In this document: positions 59,288-64,000 of the stretch, piece after piece | Layout: each line of letters opens with the position of its first letter | How positions within the stretch are numbered: position 1 is the stretch's first letter | Source of the DNA: Acidobacteriota bacterium | Lineage (GTDB): Bacteria > Acidobacteriota > UBA890 > WLXD01 | Length of the DNA stretch: 64,000 bases | Assembly: GCA_963666215.2 (NCBI GenBank) | Contig: CAXWPL010000005.1 | Coordinates: 1,120,001 to 1,184,000, forward strand | Direction: 5' to 3' | The notes under the pieces: model-generated | Seen by the model: the letters and a program-made list of their open reading frames with translations, nothing else | Database searches by the model: none | What the model was told of the DNA's origin: nothing | Translations under genes and position numbers: made by a program

Positions 59288-62067
59288 CGATGCCCGACCG
59301 CAACGCGCAACGCGACGAGCTCCCGAACCGGCGGCACCAGCACCCATCGGAGCCGTCTCGAGGGCCGCTCCGGCGGCCGCCCGCCGCAGCCGAGAAGCTG
59401 CTGCGCCAGGTACTCCCCGTCGGTCTGGTTGGCGAGACGATCCTCGGAGACCTGCACCAGGAGCTCGAGGAACGAGCCCGACAACGGTGACCGTTCCTCA
59501 GCCTTTGGTACTGGTGGCACGCGCTGGAGCTGGCCGCCCGCTATGCCGCACAAAGCCACCGAGGCTCACACGACCGAATCTCACTGAAGAATTCACCGCA
59601 CGAATCCATCCACATCAGGGAGCCCGAACCCGTGACCAGCCTGATTTCCGACCTGCGCTACGGCGCTCGAATGCTGCTCAAGACCCCGCTCGTAACAGGC
59701 GCCGCGATTCTCACCCTGGCGCTCGGGGTTGGGCTGACCGTTCAGACCTTCAGCGTGGTGTACGGCTCGGTGATGCGTGGTCTACCGCTCGAAGCCGACG
59801 AGCGCTTGATGAGCGTCGTGCGGAACAACGACGCCAACCGTGTGCGACAGGGATGGCTGCCGTACGCCGACTACCTCGACTTCCGTGAACAGATGACCTC
59901 GTTCGAGGATCTCGCGGCGGCGTCGCAAGGCACCATCAACTTGGCGGGCGATGACGACCCTCCGCAGCGCTACGAAGGCGGCTTTGTCACCGCAAACGCC
60001 TTCGGCATGTTGGGCGTACCGCCGCACCTTGGCCGGGTTTTTCGCGAGGGCGAGGATCGTGCCGACGGCGAGCTCTTGGTGGTTCTCGGCTACGAAGCCT
60101 GGCGTGATCGCTTCGGGTCCGACCCGACCGTGATCGATCGCTCGATCCGCGCCAACAGCGAGTCGGCGACGATCATCGGTGTCATGCCTGAAGGGTTCAA
60201 ATTCCCCTTCGATCAGGAGGTCTGGGTCAACGATCGATTCGATGTTGATCCGGCAAACCGCCGGGCGCACTTCATGTCGACCTTCGGACGCGTTCGCGAG
60301 GACGTCACGGTGGAGGCAGCGAAGGCCGAGGCCGCCGCGATCATGGCACGCATCGAGGCCGAATTCCCCGAGCAAGCGGCCGGCGACAAAGTCGACCTGA
60401 TTCGCTACGAGGAGGTCTTCATGCCGCCGGAGATCACGGCCGCCATATGGATCCAGCTGGCCGCCGTATTCGGCGTGCTGCTGATTGCCTGCGCCAACGT
60501 CGCCAACCTGCTGCTGGCGCGCGCCAGCTACCGCGGCAAGGAAGTGGCCATCCGTAGCGCGCTCGGAGCCAAGCGCGGTCGCGTAATCCGCATGATGCTG
60601 CTCGAGTCGCTGCTCATCGCCATCGTCGGTGGCGGACTCGGGGTGCTCGGGGCGAAGATTGGGCTCGACTTCTTCAATGCCAGCGTCGCTGACGTTCAAA
60701 AACCGTACTGGATCGATATGCGCCTCGACGCGGTGGCCGCAGCCTTTGCCTTCGGCGTGACAATGCTGGCGAGCGTGCTGTCGGGAACGCTACCGGCGAT
60801 CCGCGCGTCGGGTGGTGGGGCGGCCGCCATCCTCAAGGACGAGAGCCGCGGTGCGTCGAGCTCGCGGCTGGGCCGCCTGAGCGCCGTCCTGGTGATTGGC
60901 GAGGTGGCGGTGTCGTGCGCCCTTCTGATCATGGCGGGCATGCTGATCAAGAGCGTCATCAACGTCAGCACGGTTGACCTGGGGTTCCGCACCGAGAACA
61001 TCCTGACGGCGCGGCTGGGCCTGTTCGCGGGCGACTATCCCGAGCGCATCGACCGCGAGAACTTCTTCGTGGAGCTCAAGGACCGCCTCGAAGCACAGCC
61101 GGGCGTGGAATCGGCAGCGCTAACGACCAACGTCCCGGGGACAGGCGCGATGCGCTTCTTCGTGGCCATGGAGGGAGAGGTCTACGAAAACGACAGCGAC
61201 TACCCCTTGATCAACGCCTCGCTCGTTACTCCCGACTTTTTCTCCGCCTTCGACGCGTCGATTATCCAGGGTCGCGACTTCGTGCCGGCGGAGTCACGCT
61301 CGAGCGCCGACCCGGTAGCCATCGTTAACCAGAGCTTCGCTGCGGCGCACTTCGGTGATCGCACGCCACTCGGGCGTCGCGTTCGACTCGGGCGCGAGGA
61401 GGACGACATTTGGGTGCAAATCGTCGGGCTCGTGCCCGACATGCACATCGGCGGTGGCGTTGGCGGCCTGGGCAGCGACCAGATCGAGCCCGGCATTCTG
61501 TATCTGGCGCCCGGAACCTTCGACATACGTTTCATGTCGATCATCCTGCGAACCTCGGGCACCCCGGAGTCGGCGATCCCGACAGCGCGCGCCGTGGTCA
61601 AGGCTCTCGACCCCAACATGCCCATCTACGACGTCATGAGTGTCGATAGCGCCCTCGACCAGGCTACCTGGGCATTCGGTGTCTTCAGCCGCATGTTCAC
61701 CACCTTGGGAGTGGCCGCGCTTTTCCTCGCCGCCGTGGGCCTGTACGCCGTCATGGCGTTCTCGGTGGCCGGGCGCGCCCAGGAAATCGGCATCCGCATG
61801 GCGCTCGGCGCAAGCGCCAAGAGCGTGCTGCGGCTGATCATGCGCCGCGGCATCATCCAGCTGGCGATCGGCGTCACCATCGGGCTGGCTCTCGGGGCGC
61901 TGGTCAGTCGGCCGCTGCGCGCGGTGACGTTCGGCGTCGAGCCCAACGATCTTTCGGTCTTTATCGCGATCCTCGTGACGATTGTCGCCACGGGAGTTCT
62001 CGCCACGTTGATCCCCGCCTTGCGCGCGGCACGCATCGATCCGCTCAACGCTCTCAGAGAAGACTGA
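59284..62067 (+). CDS. ADOP/MacB-FtsX duplicated ABC permease; in-frame TGA at 59488-59490, probable restart at GTG 59632
   Basis: Prefix RPP..AEKLL...ILGDL.QE...WYW in frame with DLRYGARML, LLIACANVANLLLAR, EIGIRMALGA, IDPLNALRE. Confidence 0.88.
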
Positions 62068-62189
62068 AGCGAAGGGCCCAGACGCGATGGTGCGCGTGCG
62101 CTGGCCGTCGGTTGCCCTTGGAAGCACCGTCGGCTAGCGATAGACTGCCGCCAGCAGAGATTGGCGCGCCCGACCCGGGCGGAGGATCC

Positions 62190-62276
62190 ATGATTCGACT
62201 CGTCGCTTTCACCCCACCCATCTTTACGTATCCCGGCTTTACGAGGCCGGGTGGTGATGGAGTGCGATGTAGCTGA
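62190..62276 (+). CDS. Phe/Tyr-containing attenuator leader peptide (28 aa)
   Basis: GGAGGA RBS; MIRLVAFTPPIFTYPGFTRPGGDGVRCS*; directly upstream of a terminator and the pheA-type gene. Confidence 0.75.
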   Translation: MIRLVAFTPPIFTYPGFTRPGGDGVRCS

Positions 62277-62303
62277 TCCGAAGACGATCGACCGCGACCC
62301 CGT

Positions 62304-62341
62304 AACCCACTCGGCACCCGCTGGGTGGGTTTCTTGCGTTT
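62304..62341 (+). terminator. Attenuator terminator hairpin
   Basis: AACCCACTCGGC-ACCC-GCTGGGTGGGTT (12-bp stem, 2 G-U pairs) followed by TCTTGCGTTT. Confidence 0.75.
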
Positions 62342-62389
62342 GAGCGGACTCCGGCCCGATGGGAGCCGCCCTACAGTCAGAAGACGAAG

Positions 62390-64000
62390 ATGGATGCTCC
62401 ACTGAGCTCAGCCCGTGAACGGATCGACCGTATTGACCACGAGCTTGTCGCGCTCCTCGCCGACCGCATTGACGCGGTCAAAGAGATTGGTGCGGCCAAG
62501 GGGAAAACCTCCTCTGCGCCTCTCCGCGACATCGACCGTGAGCGCGAGCTTTTCGAGTCGTGGGCCGAAGCCGCTGCACAGCGGGGGATGTCGTCGTACT
62601 ACGTAGGCCGAGTGCTGCGCGAAGTGTTGAGCTACTCGCGTCGAGTGCAGGAGAGGCTGCTCGACCCGGCCCCGCTGGCCAGCGCCGCGCCATCGATCAA
62701 GGTCGGCTATCAGGGGGTACCCGGCGCATACAGCCATCTCGCGTTGCAGAAGCTCTTCCACTTCCGCAGCGCCGACGAGACCGTTCAGCCGGTTGGGTTC
62801 CGCACCTTCACGGCTGCGATCGATGCACTGGAAAAGGCCGAGATTCGCTACGCCCTGCTGCCTATCGAGAACACCATCGCGGGAAGCCTCAACGAGGTCT
62901 ACCAACTGCTATCGGAGCGGCACATCACGATCGTCGATGAGGAGATCTGGCCGGTCGAGCATTGCCTCGCAGCCATACCCGAAAGCTCGATCGACGCCGT
63001 ACGAGTGATCCGCTCGCATCCCGTCGCACTGCAGCAGTGCCTGCGGTTCCTCGGGAAGATGACCGGTGCTACAGCCGAGAGCTACTTCGACACCGCCGCG
63101 TCGGCAGAATCGGTACTAGCCGAGCAGGACCCGCAGATCGCTGCAATCTGCTCGGAAGAAGTCGCGCATCGGCTGGGACTCCAGATTCTCGCACGCGGCA
63201 TCGCCAACACCAAGTACAACTTCACGCGGTTCGTGTTGCTCTCCACGGAGCCGGAGTCGGTCGACATCCGATTGCCCGCCAAGACGTCGATCATCTTCAC
63301 GGTGAACCACAGACGCGGAGCGTTGGCGCAGTGCGTGCAGGCGTTCGCGCGCCACGACGTCAACCTGACCAAGCTCGAGAGCCGTCCGAAGCCCGACTCG
63401 CCGTGGGAGTACCTCTTTTACCTCGACATCGAGGGCAATCCGGACGATCCGCAGGTTTCCGAAGCGATGCTGGAGGTGCGTGGCTACACCAACCACCTCA
63501 AACGACTCGGGACTTACCCCTGCCGCACCGTCGACAACGAGGAATTCGCTCCGCCGCTGAAGAACCTCGACAAGCCGCTAGAAGCAGAACCCGTCGTCGA
63601 ACCGCTCGCAGCCGCCCCTGGCCTGGGTGACTCACCGGCCAAGGTCCGGAATCGAACGATCGTCGCCATTGGAGGTGTGGAAATCGGCGGCCCTCGATTC
63701 GTGGTGATCAGCGGCCCGTGCGCGATCGAGACTCGCGAACAGATCATGGATACCGCCGCCATGGTCAAGGACCTGGGAGCCCGTGTTCTACGGGGAGGAG
63801 CGTTCAAGCCGAGATCGTCGCCCTACTCCTTCCAGGGGCTCGGCTTTCCGGGCCTCGATCTGCTGGTCGAGGCGGCGAGCGCCTACGAGCTTCCGACGCT
63901 CACCGAGGTGCTGCGAGCCGACCACGTCGAGCGGGTTGCCGACCATGCCGACGCGCTTCAAGTCGGCACACGCAACATGCAGAACTTCGAGCTTCTCAAG
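62390..64000 (+). CDS. pheA: Chorismate mutase-prephenate dehydratase-DAHP synthase (type I-beta) fusion, 3'-partial
   Basis: One frame from ATG 62390: RERIDRID...RD.DRE (CM); YQGVPGAYS, PIEN, SHP.AL.QC, NFTRF, LTKLESRP (PDT-ACT); GPCAIE, RGGAFKPRSSPYSFQG (DAHPS). Missing from the ORF track because there is no stop in the window. Confidence 0.92.
   Translation, partial: MDAPLSSARERIDRIDHELVALLADRIDAVKEIGAAKGKTSSAPLRDIDRERELFESWAEAAAQRGMSSYYVGRVLREVLSYSRRVQERLLDPAPLASAAPSIKVGYQGVPGAYSHLALQKLFHFRSADETVQPVGFRTFTAAIDALEKAEIRYALLPIENTIAGSLNEVYQLLSERHITIVDEEIWPVEHCLAAIPESSIDAVRVIRSHPVALQQCLRFLGKMTGATAESYFDTAASAESVLAEQDPQIAAICSEEVAHRLGLQILARGIANTKYNFTRFVLLSTEPESVDIRLPAKTSIIFTVNHRRGALAQCVQAFARHDVNLTKLESRPKPDSPWEYLFYLDIEGNPDDPQVSEAMLEVRGYTNHLKRLGTYPCRTVDNEEFAPPLKNLDKPLEAEPVVEPLAAAPGLGDSPAKVRNRTIVAIGGVEIGGPRFVVISGPCAIETREQIMDTAAMVKDLGARVLRGGAFKPRSSPYSFQGLGFPGLDLLVEAASAYELPTLTEVLRADHVERVADHADALQVGTRNMQNFELLK

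Noticed and set aside
7575-59490. Genome-wide TGA recoding or selenocysteine to explain the two in-frame TGAs
   Set aside because: Many intact genes here end in TGA with coupled starts. The two sites appear to imply different residues, neither is a catalytic Cys position, and I saw no convincing SECIS.
1-64000. CRISPR array, tRNA/rRNA, prophage or defence island
   Set aside because: I recognised no regularly spaced repeats, structural RNA signatures, phage genes or intact defence genes; the only toxin-like sequence is the VapC fragment.

Overview
High-GC bacterial chromosomal window with about 55 genes. The PadR + ADOP-type permease pairs suggest Acidobacteriota or a similar lineage (inference). 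I found no rRNA, tRNA or CRISPR array. Contents in order: M48 protease, kup, a sialidase/esterase + aldolase-like unit, a Gfo/Idh/MocA + 2x DUF1080 keto-glycoside unit, a nucleotidyltransferase fused to a truncated sigma-54 activator, two phytoene-desaturase-like oxidoreductases facing a GcvT-like gene, a response regulator-HEAT-GT2-YaiO operon, HD-GYP and GGDEF genes, bolA-grxD, an intact IS481, ALDH7, PadR/permease modules, and a chorismate mutase-prephenate dehydratase-DAHP synthase fusion running off the right edge. Best leads: (1) a 757-aa membrane protein with three tandem PTP/DSP-like domains (one intact HCX5R) fused to a phytol/dolichol-kinase-type domain, directly behind the GT2-YaiO operon; (2) an unannotated Phe/Tyr leader-peptide attenuator before the trifunctional aromatic-pathway gene; (3) the nucleotidyltransferase-Fis HTH fusion interrupted by a G9 tract; (4) an aldolase-fold protein lacking its Schiff-base Lys; (5) a 176-bp MITE. 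The window also has many lesions (frameshifts, in-frame TGAs, gene remnants, a permease/VapC chimera). These may be real decay or partly assembly error, which the sequence alone cannot resolve. All product calls come from motif recognition, not database searches.
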